From an uncultured Patescibacteria group bacterium (GTDB lineage: Bacteria > Patescibacteriota > Microgenomatia > UBA1400 > PJMF01): 64,000 nt of DNA. The stretch covers positions 186,699 to 250,698 of the forward strand of contig CAJQIG010000002.1 of NCBI GenBank assembly GCA_905478415.1, written 5' to 3'. The position numbers and the translations under genes were made by a program. Positions 36,624-47,051 of this stretch are shown here, piece after piece (positions within the stretch are counted from its first letter, which is position 1; every line of letters begins with the position of its first letter). A model generated the notes under the pieces. That model was given only the letters and a program-made list of their open reading frames with translations. It searched no databases and was not told the DNA's origin.

Positions 36624-37157
36624 ATGAATACAAACTCCTCCTATAGTGACGAATACACTCCACCAGTTAGTGCTGCTACAGCACCAGCGAGTTCTGTTGA
36701 TCCAACTGAGACCAGTGGTAAGCAAAAACTCGAAGATCAAAACATTTTCACTCTTCTGGGAGTGAGTGATGGAAATGAGAGTGAAAAGTCACAATTTTTA
36801 GATCAACTACAACAAGTCATTTGGGAAGATTTTCTTGAGAATGACGTCTCACTCTTAGTCCTTGATTCAGAGCATCAAAAACTTAAAGAGCTTATTGGAG
36901 AAAACACTGCCAGTTTGTCTATTGAGACACAAGAAAAAGTGATTGAGTATCTCGAAGAACTAATTCCTGATTTAGAAGAAATAATGGTCGACAAGGCTAT
37001 TCGACTCAAGGCTGATCTTTTTAGAGAACGCATCGAAAGTATGAAGACTTTATTTGCTGGTGATGCTGCAAAGCTTCAAAAAGTAACTGAAGCTGAGTCG
37101 TTTGTTCAATCTGGAAGTTGGGCTTCTGCAGCTGACGTTCTTAACACGCTCAAGTAA
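36624..37157 (+). CDS. Hypothetical acidic protein
   Basis: 177 aa, no recognised motif. Confidence 0.4.
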   Translation: MNTNSSYSDEYTPPVSAATAPASSVDPTETSGKQKLEDQNIFTLLGVSDGNESEKSQFLDQLQQVIWEDFLENDVSLLVLDSEHQKLKELIGENTASLSIETQEKVIEYLEELIPDLEEIMVDKAIRLKADLFRERIESMKTLFAGDAAKLQKVTEAESFVQSGSWASAADVLNTLK

Positions 37158-37221
37158 TTCTCTTTTTTTAATTTTTTAACTTAGTTTTAGACAGGTCATA
37201 TGTTTCTTGGCGTGACTGCCC

Positions 37222-38298
37222 TTGTACTATCGGGTTTTTTTGATGTATTCTAGCGGCATGAGTAGAGTTGCACAGTTACTATCAACTTTTTCGGGATTTT
37301 CTAAAAACCAACCGTTGTTATTCGATTGCGGATCGACAGTGACGCGAGTGTTTTTTGAGGGCAAGTTGTTAGCCGAAGAGCCAACCTGTATTGCAGTTCA
37401 TGCTGAGTCGGGCTCGACAGTTGCTGTGGGGGCGAAGGCTGTTTCGCTGCTGGGTAAAGTATCAGACAAGTTTCAGGTTGAGTTTCCAATAGCGCACGGT
37501 GAAATTAGCAGTCCGTCTTTACTGCAAAAATTTTTAGAAGTAGTAGTTTCAAAATTTGATACCACTGTGTTTTCAAAAGTAATGGGCTTTCCAGTTGTCC
37601 TAGTGGTGCCAAGCGAACTGTCTCCTGTCCAAAAAACTATTTTTGAAGAGACGTTTAAAAAGGCTGGATTTCGCTCAGTAGTGCTCATTCCCCAAGCTGA
37701 GACATTACTTGAGAAACTAGGTGCGGGTGGAGAACATGAAAGTTTCTGTTACCTTGATTTTGGTGGGCAGAAAAGTGAGTTCGGTATTTTTACTCTCAAC
37801 GAAAAAATTAAAAGTATGACCGTTAGAACCGGTGGTGTTCAGCTGACAGAAATTATTCAGGAGCACATACGCTTAGTGCATAATCTGGAAGTTAGTTGGC
37901 ATGTGGCGGAGCAAGTCAAACGGGAAGCCTGTAGCTTTGTGGGCTTGGTCCCTGGAGGAGGCAGAGTAGCTGCTACTAAAGTAGCAATTAGGGGAAAGGA
38001 TGTGGTGACGCAGGCGGGAAAAACAGTCACGGTTTCATCAGCTGATTTTCTAGAATCATTTGGATTTGTCGTCGAAGAGTTGATTGACGCGCTTCAGTTC
38101 TTTTTTGCAAGTGTTCCGGCTCACTTAGTGGCTTCTTCACTTGAAGATGGCATTTTTATGACGGGAGGAATGAGTCAGATGACCGGTCTGAAAGAGCTGC
38201 TTGAACATACTTTTTCAAGTCCAGTGTACGTACATAAGCATCCAGATTTAGATAGTATTGAGGGACTACATCTTCGAGTAAGTAAGCATGAAATATAA
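37222..38298 (+). CDS. mreB: Divergent actin-like ATPase, MreB-like (rod-shape protein)
   Basis: LLFDCGSTVTRVFF...EEPTCIAVH...VAVGAKAVSLLGK follows the MreB N-terminal pattern. It lies directly upstream of mreC-mreD-PBP2. The real start is possibly the Met at 37258. Confidence 0.55.
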   Translation: MYYRVFLMYSSGMSRVAQLLSTFSGFSKNQPLLFDCGSTVTRVFFEGKLLAEEPTCIAVHAESGSTVAVGAKAVSLLGKVSDKFQVEFPIAHGEISSPSLLQKFLEVVVSKFDTTVFSKVMGFPVVLVVPSELSPVQKTIFEETFKKAGFRSVVLIPQAETLLEKLGAGGEHESFCYLDFGGQKSEFGIFTLNEKIKSMTVRTGGVQLTEIIQEHIRLVHNLEVSWHVAEQVKREACSFVGLVPGGGRVAATKVAIRGKDVVTQAGKTVTVSSADFLESFGFVVEELIDALQFFFASVPAHLVASSLEDGIFMTGGMSQMTGLKELLEHTFSSPVYVHKHPDLDSIEGLHLRVSKHEI

Positions 38299-39079
38299 GA
38301 TACTCAGACCAAAAGAAGAACTGTGGGGACACAGAGTCCTGATGGCAGTGATGGTGGTTGGGGCGATGGTTCTCATTTCTATTAGTGGTTGGTATACACC
38401 AATTCAGAATACTTTACTGACAGCCAGTGCTCCCTTTTTGCGAGTGACTTCACGAGTGGTGTCAGTAGCTCTGTTACCGGTTAAGGGTGTATTTTCTGGA
38501 GCAAATTCCCAAGATAAAATCAGACAACTATCTGCAGAGGCTAGTATTTTGCAGGCTCGTATCGCAGAGTTAGAATACGTTGAAAAAGAAAATGAGGCAT
38601 TGAAGAATATTCTTGAAAATTCAGATAGAACTCTCGATGAGATGTATATTGCTTCTCCGATCTTATCACTCTCATATCCAGCAATTGGGGTAGGGGAACG
38701 AGAAGGAGTGTTACCTCAACAAGCGGTGGTGTTATCTGGAACATTAATAGGCACAATTTCCGAGGTGTACCCAACTCAGTCGAAAGTCAGTTTACTCTCA
38801 AGTCAAACGGCATCACCACTGTTAGTGAGGACGGAGACCGGTATTGAAGGAATAATTATTGGAGACGGAAAGAACGTGATTATGCGCCACATCCCCAGAG
38901 AAATTCAGGTTAAAGAGGGGGAGCGTGTTTTTACTATTGGTCAAGAAGGTATTAGAAAAAATATGTTTGTAGGTCGAGTTTCGCAGGTTGTGGCTGAGCC
39001 AAGTTCTCCAACTCAGGAGGCCACTATTTCTCAATACGTTTCATTTTATGATGCGGTACTTGTGGAGGTTTGGCAATGA
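38288..39079 (+). CDS. mreC: Rod shape-determining protein MreC
   Basis: N-terminal TM helix, coiled coil (LQARIAELEYVEKENEALKN) and beta-rich C-terminus. Overlaps the mreB stop. Confidence 0.6.
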   Translation: MKYKILRPKEELWGHRVLMAVMVVGAMVLISISGWYTPIQNTLLTASAPFLRVTSRVVSVALLPVKGVFSGANSQDKIRQLSAEASILQARIAELEYVEKENEALKNILENSDRTLDEMYIASPILSLSYPAIGVGEREGVLPQQAVVLSGTLIGTISEVYPTQSKVSLLSSQTASPLLVRTETGIEGIIIGDGKNVIMRHIPREIQVKEGERVFTIGQEGIRKNMFVGRVSQVVAEPSSPTQEATISQYVSFYDAVLVEVWQ

Positions 39080-39561
39080 GGACTGCTTGGCCAAAATCAC
39101 TACTATTAATTATACTTTTGTTTCTGTCTCTCTCTTTTGAGAGAGTCATTGGTGTGCCTCTTATTTCGTTGATAGTATTTTATCATCTTTTTTTTACCGC
39201 CCGTACTTCAGTCCAGGGGATATCGCTGCTTCTTTTTTCATTGTTGGTTGCCGCTCTCTATACTACAGATCCTGTTTTGACAGCCATTTTGATGGTTGGT
39301 TTTTTCCTTGTACTTAAAAGCATTTCGGGCACAATGGGGTCATTACTGAGTTGGCAACTCCTAGCACTTTCTTGTGTTCAAGCAGTGGTTTTGGGGTATT
39401 TGGCCCACTTGGAGATCACGTTCATATCCCTCTTTGCCGGAGTATTACAATTTTTAGTTTCAGTCTTTTTTATTAGGAAAGTGATGTTTAAGGATATTCA
39501 ACAATCATTTACCTGGAAGCAGAAGATTTTTTCTTCTAAAGTGTATGAGAAAACCGTATAA
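39070..39561 (+). CDS. mreD: Rod shape-determining protein MreD-like polytopic membrane protein
   Basis: 163 aa, about 5 TM helices, overlapping mreC and PBP2. Confidence 0.45.
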   Translation: MAMRTAWPKSLLLIILLFLSLSFERVIGVPLISLIVFYHLFFTARTSVQGISLLLFSLLVAALYTTDPVLTAILMVGFFLVLKSISGTMGSLLSWQLLALSCVQAVVLGYLAHLEITFISLFAGVLQFLVSVFFIRKVMFKDIQQSFTWKQKIFSSKVYEKTV

Positions 39562-41482
39562 TCACACGTATACTCGGCAGATAGCTTTTGTAATTGTAGT
39601 GGTGGGGACTATTTTCGCACTTCTTTTCTTACGATTACTTGATCTACAAGTTGTGCGTGGAGCATTTTTTCGAGCTAAGGCTGATGGAAACAGATTTTAT
39701 ACACGGTACGTACCAGCCGAGCGTGGCGTTTTCTTTGACAGGTTTGGTGAACCACTTGTAGTTAATGTTCCGAAATACTATCTCCTCGAGGATAGAGATT
39801 CCCTGTACAGTCCAAGAAAAGCAATTTCTCACCAAGAAGCTCTAGAAGAAATGAGTAGAAACAGTGATACTGTTGATTTTGAAATTGAACGACACTATCT
39901 TTTCCCAGAATCAACCTCACACATCATGGGATATGTGGGTTCGGTGACAGCTGAAGATTTGGCAAAAAACTCGTCTCTTCCAAGAAATGCCCAGATTGGC
40001 AAGATGGGGCTTGAGAATGTTTTTGACGAAGTAATTCGAGGTACAAGTGGTTCAGTTACGTACGAAATTAATGCGCTTGGGAAAAAACAGCGTACTGTTG
40101 TCACTCAACCAGGATCTCCAGGAGAGAGTATAGAAACATCTTTAGATCCATATCTGTCCGAAGTGGCATTTCGAGCTCTGGGTGATCAAAGGGGAGCAGT
40201 AGTAATCTTGGATGCAGATACAGGTCGAGTACTTTCGTTAGTGAGCGCCCCAACATTTAATTCTTCTGTAATGAGCCGAACTGCTATCGATATTTCTTTG
40301 GAGCGAGCACGCCGTAAGCAAGTGCAGGAATACTTTAGTAATCCTCTACAGCTCTTTTTTAATCGTACGACGGCAGGCGCCTATCCGCCTGGTTCTGTGT
40401 TTAAACTGATCACTGCACTTTCGGGTCTGGAGAAAGGTGTTCTTACTAAAGATACAACTGTTATTGATGAGGGAACACTAGATCTGGGTGAATATAGTTA
40501 TGCCAACTGGTACTTCACTCAATATGGTCGAGTTGAGGGAGAGATTAATCTGGTTCGGTCTATTGCTCGGAGTAATGACATCTTCTTTTATAAAGCTGCT
40601 GAGGCGATTGGTCCGACTCAGTTGGCCGAGGATGCTCACTTATTTGGTTTAGGTGAAAAGACAGGTATTGAACTTCCTGGTGAGGTTACAGGTTTAGTGC
40701 CTACCCCAGAGTGGAAAGAACAAGTAGTTGGTGAAAAATGGTACACAGGTAATACCTTCCACATGGGTATTGGACAGGGGGATGTGTTAGTTTCTCCGAT
40801 TCAACTAGCTGCAGCTATCCAGACTATAGCGAAACGGGGGGCTCACTGCCTTCCTCGAATAACGAGCAGTACTGCTCAAAATACGCAACGCTGTGCCGAG
40901 TTGGGGATTCAAGAAGATCATTTACAGATAGTTGTTGAAGGGATGCTCGATGCTTGTTCTGAAGGAGGCACGGCCTATCCTTTCTTTGCACATAATAAGG
41001 AAGCCCGCAAACCAGAACTAGATCCCTATGCCCAGGTTAAAAGTGGAGGAGTGGCCTGCAAAACGGGAACCTCAGAGTTTGGGGGTGTCGATGAAGAAGG
41101 CTACAGAAATACTCACGCCTGGTTTTCATTGTTTTTTTCTTTGAATCCAGAGATGAAAGCTCGGGCTGAAGCAGTTGAAAGCAAAGATACAATAGTTGAG
41201 GCGGTCGCAACTGGTTCGGGTGAACTTGTGAGTGATGTCCAACAGCCATTCGATACAACTCTGACTCTAAAAAAGAGTGCCGAAGAGTATTCACTTGAGG
41301 AACTCTATCAGCTTTGGAGTCAAAAGATGCTGACAGGGTATCCTAAAAATATAGTGATGGTTGTGCTGATTGAAAGTGACGAAGCAAATCAGTTTAAAGA
41401 GGGGTCTCGAGATGCAGCCCCCGTGGCCAAGAGTGTTTTTGACTGGATGTTAGGAGAAATACCAACGACGGTTACTCCGTAA
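39545..41482 (+). CDS. mrdA: Penicillin-binding protein 2 (peptidoglycan D,D-transpeptidase)
   Basis: N-terminal TM anchor, SxxK (GSVFKL), SxN and KTG (CKTGTSE) transpeptidase motifs. Confidence 0.85.
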   Translation: MRKPYNHTYTRQIAFVIVVVGTIFALLFLRLLDLQVVRGAFFRAKADGNRFYTRYVPAERGVFFDRFGEPLVVNVPKYYLLEDRDSLYSPRKAISHQEALEEMSRNSDTVDFEIERHYLFPESTSHIMGYVGSVTAEDLAKNSSLPRNAQIGKMGLENVFDEVIRGTSGSVTYEINALGKKQRTVVTQPGSPGESIETSLDPYLSEVAFRALGDQRGAVVILDADTGRVLSLVSAPTFNSSVMSRTAIDISLERARRKQVQEYFSNPLQLFFNRTTAGAYPPGSVFKLITALSGLEKGVLTKDTTVIDEGTLDLGEYSYANWYFTQYGRVEGEINLVRSIARSNDIFFYKAAEAIGPTQLAEDAHLFGLGEKTGIELPGEVTGLVPTPEWKEQVVGEKWYTGNTFHMGIGQGDVLVSPIQLAAAIQTIAKRGAHCLPRITSSTAQNTQRCAELGIQEDHLQIVVEGMLDACSEGGTAYPFFAHNKEARKPELDPYAQVKSGGVACKTGTSEFGGVDEEGYRNTHAWFSLFFSLNPEMKARAEAVESKDTIVEAVATGSGELVSDVQQPFDTTLTLKKSAEEYSLEELYQLWSQKMLTGYPKNIVMVVLIESDEANQFKEGSRDAAPVAKSVFDWMLGEIPTTVTP

Positions 41483-41516
41483 TCTCTTTGTCAGAAAGAC
41501 AGAGTACTCTGTCAGT

Positions 41517-42641
41517 ATGGATTTTGTTTCTCTAGATTTCCTTTCTTTGCTTGATCAAAAAATCTTGGTTTTCTTTCTTTTAGCTCAAAAGGGGATTGGC
41601 CGACAGCGGGCACGGGCTATTTTATTAGAACTTTCAAAAACACAGATAAAACCCAAAGAGATTCGGAAGTATTTACAACCCCTTTTAATAAAATATAAGT
41701 GTAAAAATATATTTGATAAATCAATTTCATGGAATGAAATAGAGAACTTTTATTACTCAAACAGTGAGGCGTTTTTAGCAAGAGGTGTTTCGGTTGTCTA
41801 TTATAGAGAAAAAGCATTTCCTCATTCATTGCGGTCAATTGCTGACTCACCACTGCTCCTTTTCTATAAAGGTTCTGGTGGATTGTTCTCCCAAAGAGGG
41901 GTGGCTATGGTTGGGACACGAAAGATTACTCCCTATGGGAAACTCGTCACAAAAAAAATCACAGCCGAAGTCGTTGCAGATGGATTTGTGACCATTTCTG
42001 GTTGTATGTATGGTGTTGACGAGCTTGTTCATCGAGAGACGATGAAGTATAGGGGGAAAACGATCGCTGTGCTTGGCTACGGTTTTGATTATTTTTATCC
42101 ATCACAGGCTCAAGCTCTTCAAGAGGCTATTATTGCTGCGGGTGGCACGGTAGTCACAGAATATTTCCCTTGGATAGAGCCTCGGCCAGGTTTCTTTTTA
42201 GATAGGAATCGTTTGATTGCTGGCCTCAGTCAAGCAACTATTGTCCTTGAAGCAGCTGAAAAATCGGGAAGTCATAGAACTGCCGTATCAGCTGCCGAGA
42301 ATGGTCGTCAAGTTTTTGCAGTTCCTGGTCCCATTACTAATCCCTACTCTGAAGGTACTAAATGGCTCATAAATCAGGGGGCACTGTTGATTACCTCAGG
42401 GTTTGAGGTGGCGCAACACTTGGGCGTAGCCTCCTCACCAGTGAGGAGCAGCAACAAAAACCTTTTTGTCGAGGGAGATGCAACCAATTCAGTGATCCAG
42501 GTTTTACAGTCTGGGCCAAGTACGGTAGAGGATCTGGCTTGTAAAACCAGTTTGTCGTTACGCGAAGTATTGCGGACGCTCGGATATATGGAGTTAGATG
42601 GTACACTTGCCAAAGATGGTATACTCTGGTATCTGAAGTAA
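41517..42641 (+). CDS. dprA: DNA processing protein DprA
   Basis: Rossmann-like DprA core (GVAMVGTRKITPYG ... GSHRTA), 374 aa. Confidence 0.75.
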   Translation: MDFVSLDFLSLLDQKILVFFLLAQKGIGRQRARAILLELSKTQIKPKEIRKYLQPLLIKYKCKNIFDKSISWNEIENFYYSNSEAFLARGVSVVYYREKAFPHSLRSIADSPLLLFYKGSGGLFSQRGVAMVGTRKITPYGKLVTKKITAEVVADGFVTISGCMYGVDELVHRETMKYRGKTIAVLGYGFDYFYPSQAQALQEAIIAAGGTVVTEYFPWIEPRPGFFLDRNRLIAGLSQATIVLEAAEKSGSHRTAVSAAENGRQVFAVPGPITNPYSEGTKWLINQGALLITSGFEVAQHLGVASSPVRSSNKNLFVEGDATNSVIQVLQSGPSTVEDLACKTSLSLREVLRTLGYMELDGTLAKDGILWYLK

Positions 42642-42738
42642 CGTGTCAGCTTTTGTCTCTTACAGAACTGTGCGCCTCTTTGATAGAGTAGAAGAACCTG
42701 ATTTTTGATTAAAGTAATACGGAAAGTACAACACTGCC

Positions 42739-44943
42739 ATGCATTTAGTTATTGTTGAGTCACCCACTAAGGCTCGAAAGTTGAGTGGGTATTTGGGAAA
42801 AGAGTTTAGAGTTGAAGCCTCGGTTGGACATGTTCGTGATTTACCAAAAAGTGGCCTCGGGGTTGATGAAGAAACACTGGAGCCAACCTACGAAGTGAAT
42901 GAAGACAAGAAAAAGGTAGTGAGTAACCTCAAGAAACAAGCAAAAGATGCTGAGCTTGTGTATTTGGCAACTGACCCTGACCGAGAAGGTGAAGCAATTG
43001 CTTGGCATATTCAGGCTCTATTGTCGGAGGCGAAGGGGAGTACTAAAAAACCAAGTGATTTTCGTCGAGCAACCTTTCATGAAATTACAAAATCTGCAGT
43101 ATTAAAAGCTATGGAAAAGCCAACTGAGTTGAATATGCATCTCGTAGATGCACAGCAAGCTCGGAGAGTTTTGGACCGTTTGGTGGGATATAAAGTTTCG
43201 CCGGTGCTTTGGAAGAAGATTCGTCGGGGACTCTCTGCAGGTCGAGTTCAGTCGGTGGCCCTCAGGCTTTTAGCAGAGCGTGAGCGAGAAATTGAAGCTT
43301 TTATTCCAGATGAGTATTGGGAAGTGGATGTAGCTCTTGCTAAGGAAACTCAGAAAGCTGAAATTTTTGTCGAAGGCAAAGCGGTGAAAGAAATTCCTGA
43401 AGGAATTTTGATGGGGTCTGTTCAGACAGTGAATGGCAAAAAATTTGCACCAAAAGTGGAGGCAGATGTAGTTGATCTTAAGAAGGTCATCCCGAGTGCT
43501 ACTATGGTTATTTCTGACATAGAAAAGAAAGGTCGCAAACGCAGTAGTTTGCCGCCATTTACAACTTCTTCTTTGCAGCAAAAAGCCGCTACCACCTATG
43601 GCTTTAGTGGTAAAAAAACTATGCAGTTGGCTCAACATTTATATGAAGAAGGTTTAATTACGTATCACAGAACTGATTCATTTAACCTCTCAACTCAGGC
43701 GTTGGATATGGCGCGTGCGCATATTTCAGAAAAGTATGGAGCCGATTATTTACCTGCAACACCCAAACAGTTTGCAACTAAAAGTAAGAATGCACAAGAA
43801 GCTCACGAAGCAATTCGTGTGACTGATATCTCGATTTTTGGTGATGACATTGTAGCCAAGAGTACCAAGTTTACCGCGCAGCATGTGAAGTTGTATTCTC
43901 TGATTTGGAATCGATATGTTGCGAGTCAAATGACGGCTGCTCAGTATGAACAGACAGCTGTCACCGTTGCTTTCACACCGAAAGAAGAGGGAACAGCAGT
44001 GAAAGAAGGTGAAATTAGGGTATCTGGTTCGATTTTGAAGTTTGATGGTTGGACACGCTTGTTTCCAAACAGAGAAGATACTCTCTTGCCAGAAGTTGAA
44101 AAAGGAGATGTCTTACATCATGTTGATAGCCTATTCGCTCAGAAATTTACTCAACCACCAGCTCGATTTAATGATGCCTCACTAATTAAGGAACTGGAAA
44201 AGAGAGGCATTGGTCGTCCAAGTACCTACGCTTCGATTATTTCAGTAGTAGTTGACCGTGGCTATGTTGAGCGTAAAGAAAAGCGTTTCTTTACTAGTCC
44301 GGTAGGATTAACGGTCAGTGATTTTTTAATCGAGAGCTTCCCCGAATTTATGGAGTATGAATTCACCGCTGAGATGGAAGAAGATTTAGATAGAATTGCT
44401 CGAGGAGAGCGCGAATGGAAAAAAGTTGTTGCTAGTTTATATAATCCGCTCAGTAAAAAAATTGCTAAAGTAACTGACACAGCCGAGCGCAAACAAATTC
44501 CTGTCGAAAAAACTGGTGAGGTGTGTCCAGATTGTGGCAAAACTGACCACGGTGAAATTGTGATTCGCACTGGCAGATATGGAAAATTCAAAAGTTGTAG
44601 TCGCTTCCCTGACTGTAAGTTCACAGAAAATATCAGTGAAAAGCTTGAAGATGTTAAATGTCCTTTGTGTCAAAAGGGAGATGTCGTCATCAAAAACTCT
44701 CGATGGGGAAAATCGTTCTTTGGATGTGAGCGATACCCAGAGTGTGATTGGGCTTCATGGAAAAAACCAGAAAAAGGTGAGCTTGTTACAGCGGCCGACT
44801 GGAAAGTAATGCAAGAAAAGCGAGCTGAACGCAAGAAAAAGTGGCTTGAAAGCAGAAAAAAAACTACTGGAGCTAAAAAGCCTGCGGCGAAGAAAAAGCC
44901 AACTAAGAAAAAAGCTGCTGCCAAGAAAAAAACTAAAAAATAG
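42739..44943 (+). CDS. topA: DNA topoisomerase I
   Basis: TOPRIM N-terminus, catalytic region, C-terminal C4 zinc ribbons (CPDCGK..C..C..., CPLCQKG...C..C) and a lysine-rich tail. Confidence 0.93.
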   Translation: MHLVIVESPTKARKLSGYLGKEFRVEASVGHVRDLPKSGLGVDEETLEPTYEVNEDKKKVVSNLKKQAKDAELVYLATDPDREGEAIAWHIQALLSEAKGSTKKPSDFRRATFHEITKSAVLKAMEKPTELNMHLVDAQQARRVLDRLVGYKVSPVLWKKIRRGLSAGRVQSVALRLLAEREREIEAFIPDEYWEVDVALAKETQKAEIFVEGKAVKEIPEGILMGSVQTVNGKKFAPKVEADVVDLKKVIPSATMVISDIEKKGRKRSSLPPFTTSSLQQKAATTYGFSGKKTMQLAQHLYEEGLITYHRTDSFNLSTQALDMARAHISEKYGADYLPATPKQFATKSKNAQEAHEAIRVTDISIFGDDIVAKSTKFTAQHVKLYSLIWNRYVASQMTAAQYEQTAVTVAFTPKEEGTAVKEGEIRVSGSILKFDGWTRLFPNREDTLLPEVEKGDVLHHVDSLFAQKFTQPPARFNDASLIKELEKRGIGRPSTYASIISVVVDRGYVERKEKRFFTSPVGLTVSDFLIESFPEFMEYEFTAEMEEDLDRIARGEREWKKVVASLYNPLSKKIAKVTDTAERKQIPVEKTGEVCPDCGKTDHGEIVIRTGRYGKFKSCSRFPDCKFTENISEKLEDVKCPLCQKGDVVIKNSRWGKSFFGCERYPECDWASWKKPEKGELVTAADWKVMQEKRAERKKKWLESRKKTTGAKKPAAKKKPTKKKAAAKKKTKK

Positions 44944-44945
44944 AG

Positions 44946-45512
44946 ATGCACAGAAAAAAAATTGCTTTGTTTGGAGGTGCCTTTGATCCTCCGCATCTTG
45001 GTCACCAAAAAGTTGCCAGCGTTGTCACTGCCGATTTTATTGATGAAGTTTGGTTTGTGCCAGTCTTTACGCACCCTTGGGCAAAAAAGTATCATAAAGA
45101 AAGTTTGGTCCGGTATGAAGACCGGCTTCAGATGTTGGAATTTCTGGTAGCAAAGAATCAAAAAATTGCTGAGTATCGTCAAGTGAGTTTTACGTATCCA
45201 ACACTCAAATTTTTTGAAGAACGGTATCCAGATTACGAGTTTTCATGGATCATGGGTTCAGAGTATATTGGTCGATTTGACGCGTTTCTTGAGGGTCACC
45301 CGAAGCTAAAAAACTTTACCTTTTATATCTATCCCCGAAAAGGATATCCCCTAGAAAACCTGCACCCAAACATGGTGGGTTTGTCTCAGATGAAGGAGAT
45401 TGATATCTCTTCGACTCAAGTCAAAGAACTGATTGAAAAAAAAGAGTCATTGGAAGATGTTGTTCTTCCTGAAGTCGCAGCCTACATCGAGTCCCATCAG
45501 CTCTACCAGTAG
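44946..45512 (+). CDS. nadD: Nicotinate-nucleotide adenylyltransferase
   Basis: IALFGGAFDPPHLGH nucleotidyltransferase motif. Confidence 0.85.
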   Translation: MHRKKIALFGGAFDPPHLGHQKVASVVTADFIDEVWFVPVFTHPWAKKYHKESLVRYEDRLQMLEFLVAKNQKIAEYRQVSFTYPTLKFFEERYPDYEFSWIMGSEYIGRFDAFLEGHPKLKNFTFYIYPRKGYPLENLHPNMVGLSQMKEIDISSTQVKELIEKKESLEDVVLPEVAAYIESHQLYQ

Positions 45513-45546
45513 TCAGAATGCGTATCTTTCGTTATAAAAGAAGGTA

Positions 45547-46434
45547 ATGTCAAAACCACATACCCGCACTCCCGATACTCAATACCGAGAATTACTCGCT
45601 GAAATTTTAGAACATGGCGTCCGCACTCCTTCGCAGCAAGGGGTTGATGCTTTAACCTTGATTGGGCCAAAGCCACTCCATTTTAAGTTGAAAAATGGTT
45701 TTCCAATTATCACCGAACGAAAAATTAGTAAAAAAATTTGGAGCCAGGCTATTGGTGAGATTATTGGATTTATTAATGGGGCTCGTACCCAAGAAGAACT
45801 AGCAGAGTATGGTTGTAAGTGGTGGCATGCTTGGGTGACCGAAGCCAAATGTCATAAACGGGGTCTTGAAACTGGTGATATGGGTCCTGGAAGCTATGGC
45901 GCAGCTTTTCACGATTTTCCTACTGCCGAAGGGCCCACATTCAATCAATTTCAGAACATCATCGAGCAAATAAAAGAGAAACCCCAGCTTCGTACTCATT
46001 TCATTTCTCCCTGGATTCCTCAATACACTATTCGAGGGAAGGGAAAGCAACAAAAAGTCGTTGTTTGTCCGTGCCACGGTTGGATTCACATCAGAATTAT
46101 TGATGGAAAACTAACACTTCACATGTTCCAACGCAGTAGTGATACCCCGGTGGGGCTCCCTGCAAATTTGGCCCAGTATGCAGCGCTCACCATGATGATT
46201 GCTCAAGCTACCGGTTATGAAGCCTATGAGTATGTACACAGCTTTAGCGATGCTCATATTTATGTAGATCAACTTGATCATGTTAAAGAATTGTTAAAAC
46301 GAGAGCCAAAATCGCTTCCTGTTATGAAGATGAACCCCGACAAAAAAGACTTGTTTGAGTTTAGAGTCGAAGATTTTAAGTTAACCGAATATGACTACCA
46401 CCCAGGAATGTGGGACATTCCAGTAGCTATTTAG
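45547..46434 (+). CDS. thyA: Thymidylate synthase (ThyA type)
   Basis: Active-site region VVVCPCHGW and overall ThyA layout, 295 aa. Confidence 0.88.
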   Translation: MSKPHTRTPDTQYRELLAEILEHGVRTPSQQGVDALTLIGPKPLHFKLKNGFPIITERKISKKIWSQAIGEIIGFINGARTQEELAEYGCKWWHAWVTEAKCHKRGLETGDMGPGSYGAAFHDFPTAEGPTFNQFQNIIEQIKEKPQLRTHFISPWIPQYTIRGKGKQQKVVVCPCHGWIHIRIIDGKLTLHMFQRSSDTPVGLPANLAQYAALTMMIAQATGYEAYEYVHSFSDAHIYVDQLDHVKELLKREPKSLPVMKMNPDKKDLFEFRVEDFKLTEYDYHPGMWDIPVAI

Positions 46435-46446
46435 GAAAGTATCCAT

Positions 46447-46905
46447 ATGGTAGATAAACCTGTTGTAGATCTAGATAATTATAGAGAGCCAGAGCAACTT
46501 GAGGTTATGCAGCAAATCCAAAAGGATGGAGTTTGTCCGTTCTGCATGGATGAATTTACAAAACACCAAACTGAAGAGACATTATTCGATGGTAAGTACT
46601 GGCTTTTAACGTATAACCGCTGGCCCTATAAAAACACTAAAGTCCATTTATTGGCAATTTATAAAGAACACGCTGAGCATATTTTAGAAGTTGAGCCGGC
46701 CGCAGGGGCAGAGTTAATTGAGGTATTCCAGTGGGCTTCCACACACTTTACTGTGCCAGGTGGTGGTTTTGTAATGCGATTTGGAGATACTAATTATTCG
46801 GCGGGGAGTGTGCAACATTTGCATGCCCAGTTTATACAGCCTGATATTGATGCTGCTACTTACGAGCCGGTGCGGGTGAAGTTGGGGAAGAGTAGGAAAG
46901 AGTAA
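46447..46905 (+). CDS. HIT-superfamily protein (GalT/Ap4A-phosphorylase branch, HxHxQ)
   Basis: N-terminal CPFC zinc motif and C-terminal VQHLHAQFI (H-x-H-x-Q). Confidence 0.5.
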   Translation: MVDKPVVDLDNYREPEQLEVMQQIQKDGVCPFCMDEFTKHQTEETLFDGKYWLLTYNRWPYKNTKVHLLAIYKEHAEHILEVEPAAGAELIEVFQWASTHFTVPGGGFVMRFGDTNYSAGSVQHLHAQFIQPDIDAATYEPVRVKLGKSRKE

Positions 46906-47051
46906 CTACTTTGTTTTAATCCTATATTTTTTTAAAGTATGCTATATACTATAATTTAGCGAGTACTTGCGCATTTTTTGTGCGGGTATGTAGCTGTTTT
47001 TTAACAATACTTTAACCGCATGTTTTTCAAAAAAACGAGGAGGTTTTTTTT

